In this document: one piece after another, positions 26,756-39,642 of the stretch | How the letters are laid out: the number at the start of each line of letters is the position of its first letter | How positions within the stretch are numbered: position 1 is the first letter of the stretch | NCBI GenBank assembly: GCA_002633005.1 | Contig: NMRA01000620.1 | Coordinates: forward strand, 62,001-126,000 | Source: Phoronis australis | Lineage: Eukaryota > Animalia > Phoronida | DNA: 64,000 bases | Direction of reading: 5' to 3' | Notes under the pieces: model-generated | What the model saw: only the letters and a program-made list of their open reading frames with translations | Database searches by the model: none | What the model was told of the DNA's origin: nothing | Translations under genes and position numbers: made by a program

Positions 26756-29164
26756 GATATTGCTGCGGGCTAATGTTGGGTACAAAACTTGACAAGCCAA
26801 TTATACACCTCCTCCTGGACTTATCAGTCTTGTCTTTGTTTTCGCAAGGTTAGAAACGTCCCACTGGTCACTGGCACGCATTGTTTACTAAAGTATGTAC
26901 CGTATGGCCTGATTCACTCTTATCGTTATCTTTGCTTTATCTCTGGTGCGGCTTTGATTTACATTATCGCAAAATTAGTGGTGTGATCGACTAACTCACC
27001 TGATGACACCGACCGGATTCCATGGATGTCATTGCACAAAGTAGCAAATAACACCAAACATATGGTTAGCCAACGGGGGAACGTTGCGTTCGTAAATTAC
27101 GCGCTTACAAAATTCCGTTGACATTAAAGGTGATTACTAACGGCGCCAATGAAATACCTACTTTCTTCTCTAAATTAGTAACGTAAATAAGTGTGCGCAC
27201 ATGTGCATGCGTGCGTTCATGTATATACATACATCATTTCATTTATCAAAAGGGCTTTGCCTGAGGAAACCAGGTGATTACGTAAGCAATTAGTGTAAAC
27301 CAAATAACAAATCCATTGCACTTTCTTATTTTCATCATATATCGGTAGCAAAAATGTAATTAGTGGCGTTTTTTTCATTCACCTGTGGATGAAACAACCT
27401 CAGGTTCAGATTCTCACAAAACACATCAATTTGCCCTTACTTAAAAATATGAGCGCAGCTAAGTTTCTTTGTCAAAAGCTTGTCGTTTTGGTCTTATAAT
27501 GTCGCAGTGTAAATAATGAAACATAAATATGATGCGCATGCGTATAAAACAAGTAGAATTCTTATTAGATAAAACAGATAGAAAACCAAACGTACAAATT
27601 GTTTATTTGTACTGGGAGCTGATCAGCACAGTAGCACACTAGAGTACTTAATAACTATATAATTCATGACACTTTCATAGAGGCGTTTAACACATCTTCA
27701 TGCCTTCATTATTCCCTGTCGGGAAAAACTTCTTTAAAACCAAGACCTTAATAACTACAAAGTTTTTAGTAGATCATTGTTGTAGGACTTCTCGTCCATT
27801 TCAAAATTCCCATGAGAGTTGATTGGTAACAAGAAGAAGGAAATACACATGTAGTTGACTGGATACCTGTGTTCGACGATGGCCCCCGAAGGTACATGCA
27901 TGGAGGTGAAAGTGTGGTACTACAAAATTTCCAAACAAAGGCAAAGTACTGGGTAATCTTAACCGGTTCAAACTGTCATGGCGGAGAAAATCATACCTAA
28001 AGCATGCCCGCACCCAGGGGCAAAAATGTCCGCCTCAGATCTAAACAAAAAGTCCGACAAAACGAAACAAAAGTCCACTAAAAGGGCAGGAACTATCAAA
28101 ATTCGGCGAACACGCAATTCAGAGCTTTGAAAGTGCCTCNTTACGTAATATGTAATTATTTAACATCGTAAATTGAAAATTACGAGCTTAACAATTACTG
28201 TACCCGCGTTGGCAATTAATTTAAACTGTTTACAATTAATTGCATTATTGGTAATTAATTTCCCCTTTTGTTTTTAATAAATTAGAATTCATCCCGTCAA
28301 CTTTCCCATAATTTACGCGTGCAACTGTTCCCAAATTGGCCAACTATACTACATTGTCCATTTACGTTTAAATTTATAGGGGACGGTCCAAGACCTCTCC
28401 GTGAACAGGTCTCGACCTGTTGTTGTTCTCATTTCTTAAGATAAGACAGAGTTCTTTTCAAAATTTCATGACATCGCTCCACTAAGGACACATCGTGGTA
28501 TAAAATTAATTACAGCTTATCTTTTTAAATGAGGACAGGTAATTTGAACTTGTCTACACTTTACACGCGCATGTTAGTGAACGTCAATTGTAATTAAAAA
28601 ATACATGTACACAACGGGAGTCGAACAACACTGGTCATCGAAGCAAATGAACATGCAGTTAATCTACATGTATATGAACATGCAGTTAATCTCTGTGTAA
28701 TTCAAATAATGCATTAGTAAAATTTTTCGTCAATTTACGTCAAGCACTACTTCGATAACGTGACTATCTACCCTTTGGGACATCCCTTTTACATTTTGCA
28801 AACGTTTTCATTGTTTTGATGTTAATTTTGAGGTCAAACAGGAAAGTTGACACTCGTGCTTTCTACAAAAGGGAAGGAGAATGAGAGTCTAGCTTGACAG
28901 TTCCTTTTTGTACTGGATTGTTATCTCAGTTTAAGAAATTCTGAATTGACATCACTGGAGTAGGCTACGCGCAACGGCACACAAAATGCTGTCCCTAATT
29001 TGGCTGCGGTTATTATAGACAATCTTTAAAAGTGTAAAACCGGTTTGAGCTACCTCAGCACGGACATTTGTTTGGAACAGGAAAAGACTCGCGCACCTTC
29101 AAAACAGCTAACCAACTCGAAAAACACGAAACCTGGCCTCTTTAATACAGAAACCCCGGGGATC

Positions 29165-29380
29165 AGATGTCCACATTATTCTGCTGCTAAAGTTGTGGTG
29201 CGATCTTTTGCGTCCACTTTCAGTGCCATGAAATATTGCGTAACATATTGGCCAGTTTCTTTTTTCCCCAATTCTTCAATCAACTGTTCTTCTTCCACGA
29301 GGTTGCGTACATGTCATAACAAATTAATCAACAATGGTACTTGAAAGTCGGAATATTTTTGTTTTTCATTTTTAAAAACT
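29165..29380 (+). mobile_element. Repeat family A, partial copy
   Basis: TTATTCTGCTGCTAAA...GCGATCTTT...GCCATGAAATATTGC...TATTGGCCAGTTTCTTTT matches 45375-45530. Confidence 0.75.
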
Positions 29381-30170
29381 ATTTTGGAGAACAACTGAGT
29401 AATCTAATATTAACTAAATATTCACCGAGATAACAACTTACGCATAGAGAGTACAGAGTATGCTGAAATTCTCCCACAGACAAGTTGTACAAGTGTTACC
29501 AATAAAAATCCAATAACAAAGTCAATAAATCTAAGTTACTATTTATTATTGACAATTTTAACAAACAAATGCAGAAAACAGCTGGGAAGTTTAGCACAAA
29601 CCAATTGAGCTTGGATAACTAACAACTGAAATATAGGTAACAAAAATGTTTATTTTAGTAAATGAAGCTCTTATCCACTTCTACAACATGCACTGTTGAT
29701 GCTGGTCATCTTACCACTGGGCACATTGAGCAAGTATTTACACGTGGTGAGCTTGAACTCAGTTCGTGTAAGAATTACAAAGACGTCTACCTTGTCTGAA
29801 TACTGTTATAGATCGAATTCATAACTTAGTGAAGAAAGTGTCCAAGCAACAACATGGGCAGCGCACCATAGGGGGCTACAGCCCCCTCCCCCCCCCTTAC
29901 TTCAGTGCTCCTAGCGGAGCACCACGGGGGGCCCTAGCTATCCATTTTTTTGTTGTGCGGCCCATGAACAACATTGGGAAATCTTCGGAAGAACACAAAA
30001 TGTACTAGGAACAAGGGACCAAACATGTCTCCTGAAACCAAAGTCAGCAATGTATGCAAAACATGTGGCCCAAGAACAGATGAGTTAAGCAGAATTATCT
30101 ACAACCTTTGCACACTGTTAAAAAGAAATTGAAGAGTGGGGAGGACAGGGATCACTCAGCAGAAATTGAC

Positions 30171-30305
30171 AATGAATCACATTCACACTGCAGAACTAAT
30201 GAATCACATTCACACTGCAGGACTAATGGATCACATTCACACTGCAGAACTAATGAATCACATTCACACTGCAGAACTAATGAATCACATTCACACTGCA
30301 GAACT
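30171..30305. repeat. 27-bp minisatellite x5
   Basis: AATGAATCACATTCACACTGCAGAACT units. Confidence 0.95.
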
Positions 30306-30558
30306 TTTCATGGTAGAGTTGATAACCCACCTGCGATTTTACCGTACAAATTTGTATCAAAGGTAAGACACAGTGAGAGGTACTAGCACAGGCATCCCTT
30401 CCATAATTTGCTCCAAAGTAAAGAGTAATGTTTGTGACACATGGATGGTGCTTATGAGAGCAGCTTTGCAGAGGATTACGAGGACATTTTTGATACTATT
30501 CAGAAACATGAGTCACTCTCAGCAGAAGGGACGATGTTCTACAGTAGGAGATGACTTA

Positions 30559-30686
30559 GAATAGTACGGCCTTGTGTGTTACACTTGCATACACAGAGGA
30601 TGTAAACCACAGCAGATGTGTGGAATAGTACGGTCTTGTGTGTTACACTTGCATACACAGAGGATGTAAACCACAGCAGATGTGTG
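30559..30686. repeat. 64-bp tandem duplication covering the C8orf76-like stop codon
   Basis: GAATAGTACGG(C/T)CTTGTGTGTTACACTTGCATACACAGAGGATGTAAACCACAGCAGATGTGTG x2. Confidence 0.95.
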
Positions 30687-30801
30687 AGAAGCACAACCTC
30701 TCAAACTTTAGCTGGAACTCATCATCATCTTCATTGTCATCTTCACTCATGAAAAGGGTTGCTCCGGGGCTAAGCGTTGAAAACAGGTGATCCAATAAGT
30801 A
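30643..30801 (-). CDS. C8orf76: C8orf76-like terminal exon
   Basis: Pyrimidine tract + CAG|YLLDHLF...SEDDNEDDDEFQLKFERLCFSHICCGLHPLCMQV*. Confidence 0.78.
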   Translation of the reverse strand, partial: YLLDHLFSTLSPGATLFMSEDDNEDDDEFQLKFERLCFSHICCGLHPLCMQV

Positions 30802-30966
30802 CTGGAAGCGGAAAAGAGAATTTGAGAATTAAAGACATTGCCCTTTTATATGGATAAAACGATGAAGACATGACATTATCTAGTGTCAGAGGTATGACAA
30901 TCAAGGACACATGATCAAAATCCTACAGAGAAATGTTTGTGTGATCCTCTTCCTCAAGCATTGCAA

Positions 30967-31031
30967 AGTTGGGTTACCATGGTACAAGTTGGGTTACTAT
31001 GGTACAAGTTGGGTTACTATGGTACAAGTTA
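30967..31031. repeat. 20-bp tandem repeat x3
   Basis: AAGTTGGGTTAC(C/T)ATGGTAC. Confidence 0.9.
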
Positions 31032-31984
31032 CCAATAAAACTGCATGACTGAGTGACGGACCACAAACCTCTCGCTATGTGGTAACCCAAATTGGTTAAC
31101 AGGCATGGCTAGTTTTCACCCAATTTCTCTTATTGCTGATCGAATATGTACAAACTGAAAACTCCCAAAATGACTGTTACTGACAGCTATTTTGGAGCCA
31201 AGGCAAGCTGATCGGGTGTCAAGATAAACTAGACCAGCACACTGACTCTCCATAGCTTAGGATTCATGACATGATATTAGACTTTCTTCCTAATTAAACT
31301 TCACAGCTCCATGCACTCCATTTACCCATCAATATACCTGGTTGTACACTCATTATATGCAACGCCAATGTATTTTTTGAGAATGCGAGTTTTCCAACCT
31401 TTCATATGAGTACCCTGTGATAGTGTCAATGAACAATGCATGTGAAAGACCAGAAGATGCTGAAATGCTCTGATAAGTGAGATTTCATAGCAAGCCAACG
31501 TACTACAACTTACAGTGGGTACCTGAGTGTGGACAACAGCAGTGAAGAAGACTTCTGGATTCACGATGGATACTTATAGCAACGATTGAGAGGTACTCAC
31601 ATATTTTAGAATGAATGAGTGAAAAACATGCATTTGTAAAAGAACACCTTAACATTCCATATTCAAAGAGCCATGAGAATGTCTTCCAGTGAATTCAGTG
31701 CTAAATGGTGCATAAGAAAATTATGTAACAAAAGTTTAAAGAAGGAAATGGCCATTAGATGGCGCAGAATACATCGATCTCATCCAAGTTTGAGAAGGCA
31801 ATGTCTCCCAAATACAACAGTATTTGCAGAATTTCATGAAAATCAGTCAAAGAACTCTAAAGATACAGAGCCACATTCATAAAAAATAAAGTTCCATTGG
31901 AGGACACAGCGGTCATCAAATCTTACCATCTGCTGTCAAGTTAAAAGGAACGCACTTTACAAATTGTGATCTTGCAAAGGGTTT

Positions 31985-32545
31985 TAGTGGATACAGCCAC
32001 AGATGTGAGAAAATGTCAATAGGGGGCACCGCAGTAGTTGGACCCAACTGAAATCCATGCCAGTCTTGGCTCTTGTAAGTAGGAACACTTCAACCAACCA
32101 ACATGTATGTCGGCATATGGCACCCACATATAAATATGTGGGCACATAAAAATGGCCACTAGGTAGTGCAAAATATGTCGAATCCTTCCAAAAATGGAAG
32201 AGCTATGTTGACTTCTTAATAGAAACCTATATATTTATCAATTTTATAAAAATCCATAAATGAACTCAAGATACAGGGTTAAAGAATAATATAAATAAAA
32301 TTGCTACTAAAGGATTCAACTGTAGCGGGATTAGTCTAAAATATATTTGCGTCCATTACCATCTCCATAGCAACACAGATACTCAAAACGGTTGAAGATA
32401 TACAGCCAAGGATACAAAAAACTGCCACTAGGGGGTGCCAGAATTGTCAACCCCATCCGAAAATCAGCGTCATTTGCGGTATTCTCATCAACAACACACC
32501 TGCCAATTTTCATAATGATCCTTTGAGCGATTTGGCAGATAGAAA
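31985..32545 (+). mobile_element. Dispersed repeat family B (GCCACTAG-rich, possibly Helentron/HINE-like)
   Basis: Recurrent AAAA(C/T)TGCCACTAGGGGG blocks and the hairpin CCCACATAT-AA-ATATGTGGG..CATAAAAA shared with the other copies. Confidence 0.6.
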
Positions 32546-32704
32546 GGCAGACATCTTGAGTTGCTTAGAGCCTCCGTGACTGCAAGCCATCTGGTGTGAC
32601 TGCAAGCCATCTGGTCTGGTAGGTAGCATTTGCTCAGATCTCATTCCATGACATGCAATAGAGAGGTGTTCAGATGTCACAGTGAGTGCTTCTTTAATTT
32701 TGTA

Positions 32705-33590
32705 CAGGTTTGCCTCGCTTTCGTCTCCTTTGGGGCTTCCAGTTAAGGCAAGCTCGGTAGTATTATTTTGCATTCGGCTTTCGTAGCGTGTGACCAATCC
32801 ACCTCCAATTCCTTCTCGTAATCTGGATCTCTACGGTTTCCTGCCCGACTCTGTTCCACACAGTTTCATTTATTACTGACTGTCAGCTCACTTGATTTCC
32901 AGGATTTGACACAGACATCTGTTTGTGAACACTTGGACCTTGCTGATGATGGATTTAGCAATTCGCCAGGTCTCTGAGCCGTAAAGCAGGACGGATTCGA
33001 CATTCGAGTTGAAGATTTTGAGTTTTGTTTCCAGGGACCATGTTTTGGACTTCCAGGCAGGTTCTGGCATGGCATGTGCTTGACAGTCCTTCTTAATATG
33101 GACATCGATGTCTCCCTCAGTTCCCCCATAGTGCTGACTATTCATTATACATGAAGGACTGGAAATATTCTAGACAGTTCTTTCCCAGCCACTGTGATGA
33201 CGTCACTTTGGCTGGCATTAATGCGCATTGTCTTAGTTTTCTTGGCGCTGATGTGCAAGCCAATCTGTTTGGCTGCATCTGAGAGTGTCAGAGTGTTATG
33301 TTGAATGTCTTGCTGTTAGTGACCTAGATGGCAAAGGTCATCTGCATACTCTGAGCCGTCAAGGCAACTGGTGAATGTCCACTGTATACCAGTTGGTGAG
33401 CCATCAAAGCAGCTGGCGTCACCCAGTCAAGAAGAATCAAGAAAATCAAAGGCGACAGTAGACAGTAAACACCCCTGCCGTAGTCCTGTTGTAACAGGGA
33501 ATGTCTGAGTGAGTTCTCCATTGTGTATAATTTGATATGCGAATCCATCGTGGAATTTCATAATTATTACAGAAACTTGTACGGTAAACA
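32705..33590 (-). mobile_element. Decayed RTE-clade LINE fragment
   Basis: TGLRQGCLLS, YADDL, KLKIFNSNVESVLLYGSETW, RRNWRWIGHTLRK and G.RKRG.P motifs, split by frameshifts. Confidence 0.88.
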
Positions 33591-34530
33591 GCAATGTCAC
33601 ATCTCTGTTGATGCTGTTGAAGCTGCTAGCAGGTAGCACAGAATACTTCAAATATGTCCAAAATGGGAAGGCATCGTTGGCTGTCGTCAGCTTCTAAGGA
33701 ACATATTCTACTAAATCAAACTATGATCCTGCAATGGGGTTAGGACATGCAGCAGTGAACTGCATAGGCCAAGACAGAGAAAACGGCAACATTCATCCGG
33801 CACGTATAAGATAACGTGTCATTGGAACAAAGTTTCATTACTGTACGAATTTTGTAGCCCTGCCTGAGCATACAACTCTAGATTTAGCCCTGGAATGCGA
33901 ACATCGATCTCATGCTGCTGAGGTTGCGCTGTACATGTGCGACATTTGCTTGCATTCGTTTCTTTTGGTTTTGGCTATGGCTATGAATTACCCGTCACTA
34001 AAACTACACGAGCAGGACAATTGCCAATTACAGTGTACGCTGTCAGCAACACAAAGGATTGGATTTTTTACAAGGTAAACTTTTCATTTTTCTATTTAGT
34101 TATTTCACTGGTTTCAGTGAATATTACATACCACATTTACTGCTCAGAAATCAAATTCAAAAAAAAAGTTTTTGAGCAACAGGTTAACATTACACAAATG
34201 AATTATTACAAAGAAACAATGAAAAGTAGTAATAATTTATGCCAGGAAATTGCTGTTGTCTAGAACCATAACTCAAGGGTCTCGCTTGATGAACAAAAAT
34301 GTCAAAATGGAAACAAAGCAATGAAATTGGGCTTGATTTGATAACTACAACACTCCATCAAAACTCAGTCAAGCAAGCAGGTGGAAATTCACAGCACAAA
34401 CTCTTGCGGGGTCACAAGCTCTAATAATAGAATACATTGGTCATGCCCAAGAGTTGGCATTCCAGGGCTACTGTTCCATTTGCAAGGGGTTAATAGTAAT
34501 TAAGAACTTCAACATCAATCATATTATTAC

Positions 34531-34587
34531 CTGTGTAATTAAAACCAATTCATTGCCTTGGACGAGCATGCAGAGTTCGCTTTCTAC
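34531..34587 (-). CDS. C8orf76: C8orf76-like exon 7
   Basis: TTTTTATAG|VESELCMLVQGNELVLITQ|GTAATA; 57 nt, phase 0-0. Confidence 0.7.
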
Positions 34588-35246
34588 CTATAAAAAGCAA
34601 TGTTAATTATCAAATAATCGTGAATTTACAGAGCAGGCAGACCCGCAGCCATGAGTTATAATTGGATCCTGATAGTTGTCATACACCCACCAGCACTTTG
34701 GCACCAAATTATACAGTACTCTTTTCAGGTAGTATTCTGGACTATCGAGGGCAACAATGCATTAAGCATGGTATCTGAAACTTTCATGAGGATCCGATCA
34801 GCCATTTCAGAGATATGATGTGCCAGTAACAAAACGGAATTGGTTTTTCCATTAGACTCTACCAGTAAACAAAGGCACGTCTGGGAAAATGTGAAATTTA
34901 CAAGGGTTACTGAAAAGATAAATTATTGCTTGATTAAATGCTTTGAAAATGGAATGATTAATGTCCTTGCAGAATATCAGTCCTATGTTATAATAGCTTT
35001 AATTAGATTTTCTGGTTTTCTTACACCAACTTCAACCAACTTTTTCCTGGATTTTGAATCCCTCAAATTTTAGCATATTGGCTCAAACAACATCACATTA
35101 GTATGCACAACTTTAAACTGCTTTTGGGGCTTTTAAATAAAAAGTCAAACCCTTTTAAAAAACTTTATTCATTTTTCTTTTATATGGTGGCCATACACTC
35201 AGGAAAAGCAGTTTTAACTAATGAAACATAAACAAGATAACTGCAC

Positions 35247-35319
35247 CTGTTGGGATAAAGACAGTAATTTTCGACGAACAAACGACGCTGTTTGATGTAA
35301 ACTTGACTTGATGCAAAGT
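35247..35319 (-). CDS. C8orf76: C8orf76-like exon 6
   Basis: LCIKSSLHQTASFVRRKLLSLSQQ; phase 2-0. Confidence 0.78.
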
Positions 35320-35624
35320 CTGAAAGAAAGTGAAGCAATATGAAAATACTAAAAAGATCATTCCTGAACTGAAATGTGTCACTCAGTTACGAACAATCTA
35401 CACAGTATGTTGTCCTTGTTCATGATACAACAGACAGTCGATAACCAAACCTCCATCTGATCTTAACTGAATGCCTCAATAAATTGTTATCTCGTTGAAG
35501 GTAGGTAAAATTTCGCAGCAACCATTGTTGGCTTATTTCCATTTGATTTGCAGTAACCAAGTTTTCCCTTTACGTTTCTTTCTACATAAAGTTCACCACA
35601 ACGCTTTTCAACCTATGAAGAAAG

Positions 35625-36470
35625 TGAACAAAACTGCCACTAGGGGACACAGCAGTAGTTGAAACCATCCAAAAATAATTGTTAGCCATGCGCTTCCCAG
35701 TAGGAATACATCAATCTTTAGAGTGGTTTGGCTGAAAGAGGCAGACGCCAAAAACAGAATTGAAAATAATAAAAATGGCCTATAATAAGGGGTGAATCAT
35801 ATTCACCTTATCTGGAAACGGGAAGGTATTATCACCTCTTCACAAGAAACTTGTTTCCACAATGTTATGGAAACTTGTCCAGGAACTTCGATACAAAAGA
35901 AAACCATAAAAAAACTGCCACTAGGGGGCACAGCAAAATTCGGATATGTCCGTAATTTTTATCTTTCTTTGTCACCTTCATAGAAATGCGCTTGTCAAAA
36001 AGGATTTGAGCCAAGGACACAAAAAATATACTTGCCACTAGAGGATGCCAGAGTGGTCAGAGCCATCTGAAAATACTCGTGAGATGTGTTCTTCCCACTA
36101 GGAACACATAAGTTGCTTTTGTTAATGAGACAAATGCAAAATACAGACTTGAAAATAATAAAAATGGACAATAGGTTTTGCAGAATACATCAAATCAATC
36201 TGAAAATCAAATCGAAAGTTCCAAAGGTGGAGTCGTCTCCCTGATATCTTTTTGCCAAATTTCATAAAAGTTCATTACCAAACTCCAAACATACAGAGGC
36301 AAACTAAAAAAACTGAAATTGTCACTTGGGAGAACACCAGTAGTCCCATTCATCCAAAAACTCGCCAACAACGTCCCACCTAAAATAGAAATGTGTCAGA
36401 AAATTCCATAGACATTTGTGCAGAGGTAAGGGAGCTACAATAGTAGATGGTGGCCATGGATGACGGCTTT
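35625..36470 (+). mobile_element. Repeat family B copy
   Basis: GCCACTAGGGGACAC, GCCACTAGGGGGCAC and GCCACTAGAGGATGCC units. Confidence 0.6.
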
Positions 36471-36665
36471 ATGGGTTGGTAAAAAATACAAACTAAAATG
36501 TTGCACCAAAAACAAAATCAGCTGCATTTAATTGATGAAAATGTAGAGTTTTGTGTGACATTAATGTTTGCTGCTTCACGGATTGCTTTGATCAATTTCA
36601 GAAATTTAATAGCAGTACAGTTTCAAGACCTTTGACTTCAAATTCTTCAATTTTTTTTAACTCAC

Positions 36666-37272
36666 CTGGAACAAGCCAAACACGCGATAATCTTGCAATC
36701 CACACAACTGCCAAATACTGAACTGTCACTGGAGTCAGGTTCTGGCTTGGCACAGTTACTTAACGGTTCTAATACTGACTGCATGGTAGTAGATTTAACA
36801 AAAACTTCTGGAGTGTGACAATGAGAGATTAACAAATCATGGCTAGTTGTCTTTTCCACAGCATCATCAACTGATGAAACTCTACATCTCTGACAGTGCA
36901 AAAGCAAGCATTGTTCATGCAAGGGTTTTGATTTTGCCGTGTCAAACTGCTCATTTGCATTTCTCACATGCCCCGAAGCTCCGCTAGGCTTTTGTAAACT
37001 TGACCTCCCACTGGACTCGTTATGGCCTCTTTCAGTCAGATTAACAAAAGAACTGTTAACATCTGGCACTCTAGTGTGATTTAATTCTTCACTCAATGAA
37101 GTTATGAGTGACTTGGTGTCATCACAGGCCCCATGACACTTGTGACGCTCACAAAAGTGACTCCTCGAAGATTGTGTCTCCTTCACTTGGACATAGAGTT
37201 CAGCCAAATCAAACCACAGTTGGTAGGAGTATGGGTTGAGACTAACCAGACGCTGAGTAACTAGCACTTCAC
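36666..37272 (-). CDS. C8orf76: C8orf76-like exon 5 (large)
   Basis: ORF 36662..37288; EVLVTQRLVSLNPYSYQLWFDLAELY ... IIACLACSR|GTGAG; 607 nt. Confidence 0.88.
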
Positions 37273-38076
37273 CTACAATACAATTCAACCTTCAATAACA
37301 GTAAGTCAAAGACTTTACTAGTGTTGGTCTTTACATCCTTTATCATTACCACGTGAGCCAGCTATCTGTCTCAACAGAAATTTACCTCACATCATTGCAA
37401 CCTGCGCATAGCGAGGTCAAATTCTGGCTGACCTGTAATCAATGTAAAATGTAATCAGCGTGAAGCTCCTACATGCGACCACAACAAGCTAGCCAGCAAG
37501 ATTCGTTGTTGCCAAATGATGCAATAGCTAAGCACTAAGCTCTCCTTGACCCATGCAATGAGAATTTACACTCAGTAGGTAAATGAAACCAAACAAGGGA
37601 GATATTTGCCACAACATCTCGCAAGGCAAATCCTCACGGTTCATTTTTGAAGTAGACACGAGTATGAGCTGATGTCATCGGCATTCAAGGCCAATAGCTC
37701 TCCATCTGGGCCGGACGTTACAAATTCAATAACATCTATAATTAAGTGAGGAATAAGTATTGAGCGAGTATTGGACAATTGAGCACAAGTATCTGGAGAA
37801 CTTTTTTAAGGTCAAAGGCAATACTTTAAGACTGCATGACAAAACTTGCAAAAGTGTCCGACTAGATACCAATGGCAAGAGATTCCTTTCTTTGTCAAAT
37901 GATCAAGGACTATCCTACTAACGTACCACTTGTTGGACATTTTCTGCATATTGCTAGGAATTGATAGCAGACTGAAAGCAAGCAAGCTAAATTATAATAG
38001 TTGATCATTTGAAAGAATGAATATCAATGTTCAAGTGTAAGACCCATTTAATTGCTTAACAATGTTGGTTACGTAC

Positions 38077-38155
38077 TTTGAAGGGCATTAGATTTTTTGT
38101 GAATTGCCTTCTGCAAAAGCAACTTTGAGCTTTTCTGTTCTGGCGTCTGGCCTTT
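38077..38155 (-). CDS. C8orf76: C8orf76-like exon 4
   Basis: TTTTTTTCAG|KGQTPEQKSSKLLLQKAIHKKSNALQ|GTACGT; phase 0-1, bridging exons 3 and 5. Confidence 0.75.
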
Positions 38156-39526
38156 CTGAAAAAAATGTGCAAAAAGGAAACATTATAGCCAAAGAATACA
38201 AAACCTTGCAAGGCAAGAGCTAGGAACAATTTGACAAGCCCTTCTTTAATTGCTTTCCACTTAGAACCCACCCAAGGTTTTCAAGGTGATTCACTGGGAC
38301 CAACAGCCACATTCGATGACCGGAAAACATTGTCTCATCCAATCATCACATAGAAATTTTAAGCTTCCATTAAAATTCAAGCAATATCTGTTTAACAACA
38401 ACTATGATTGAATTGAAGCTTTATGTCTTGAGAACACAGTAAGTTATTAGAGTTCATGTACAGAATCAAAGTTGCAATGGGTGCGAATACTATGTTGAGG
38501 AACTAATAGCAGTCAAATTGGTCACATTTATTCACGTGTAACATTATTCATCTGTTTCAGTACACAGTGCGTTTTAAACCACTTGAAAATAACGTGTTTC
38601 ACGATTGGCCATTTGGTGTGCAATTATCGATAGTGATTACGTTATTACAAGCTGGCTTGGTCGAGTTTATGATGTGCTGGCTCAGGGTTTACAAAGATCT
38701 TGAAAAGTGAACTGAAAACATGATTTGTCCTAGAAAAGAAATGAGAATTGCACCTTGTTGGGAGGATGCATAGATAACCAAAGAAACCATGGCAAATAAA
38801 AGCTGTAAAAGTTTCGTCCAGTAGTAACAGCTTTAAACAAAAGATCTTACCACTTGGCTGATAAAAACGATGCTTTTGGGCATTTAAAGAGTACTATTGT
38901 GGCTGCCTGAGGAGATGACATCACAGAAATAATTTTGTATTGATGCACTTCCCTGAAAGATCCTGCATTTACACCCATACATAAATTTTCACCAGTTGCA
39001 TTCACATGTGCCATGTGTATATTTTCTCATTGTGTAAACGTACAAAACCTCAGGTCATAACTATACACCCAGGTGTTGCTTTAGAACTGTGTATTTGTGT
39101 TTACATAATTTACAAAATTACATGTAAAAAAACTTAGGTGTAAATAGCATCATATATGTGGGTCTTTAAGCTTGACTGGATTTCATATAGCTGTATATGT
39201 GGGGGACATTACGTAGAAAATGAGAACCCCAAAATAACCACCCAACTTTAAATAAGCACACACTTATAAAATACATTAAACTTTGTTCTGCCCAGATTGG
39301 GCACGGTAAAAACTAGGCAATCATATTTCATTATATGCGCCTAGTTAAGAAAATTTTTGTCAATTTATCTGGATTGAAGAATGCCATACAAGTGGAGAGG
39401 GTTGGAAGCTGCACATCTGTACAGACGTTTGAGAGTCTCAGGCACGTTCAAAACTCTCCAGCGTGTTTTCTATGGTACATTCGATTGAACAATCAAATAC
39501 GGTCAGGTGATATATTATTAACAAAC

Positions 39527-39642
39527 CAGACTAAGTGTAGGAGACACGTAATCCTCAGCTTCACTAGTACGACCGAGATGAGTCAGACACCTGGCTATGT
39601 TTTCCCCTAAGTCTCGCTTCACTGACTCTGGATGTTGTTCAG
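39527..39642 (-). CDS. C8orf76: C8orf76-like exon 3
   Basis: EQHPESVKRDLGENIARCLTHLGRTSEAEDYVSPTLSL; the GTTTGT donor is weaker. Confidence 0.82.

Noticed and set aside
30108-30386. Repetitive ORFs (SHSHCRTNE / MNHIHTAEL)n
   Set aside because: They are translations of a 27-bp minisatellite in the presumed C8orf76-like 3'UTR, with no splice or homology support
38851-38952. Possible extra C8orf76-like exon with AG/GT boundaries
   Set aside because: It has a stop in the required phase-0 frame and no similarity; 38155-38077 fits both phase and homology
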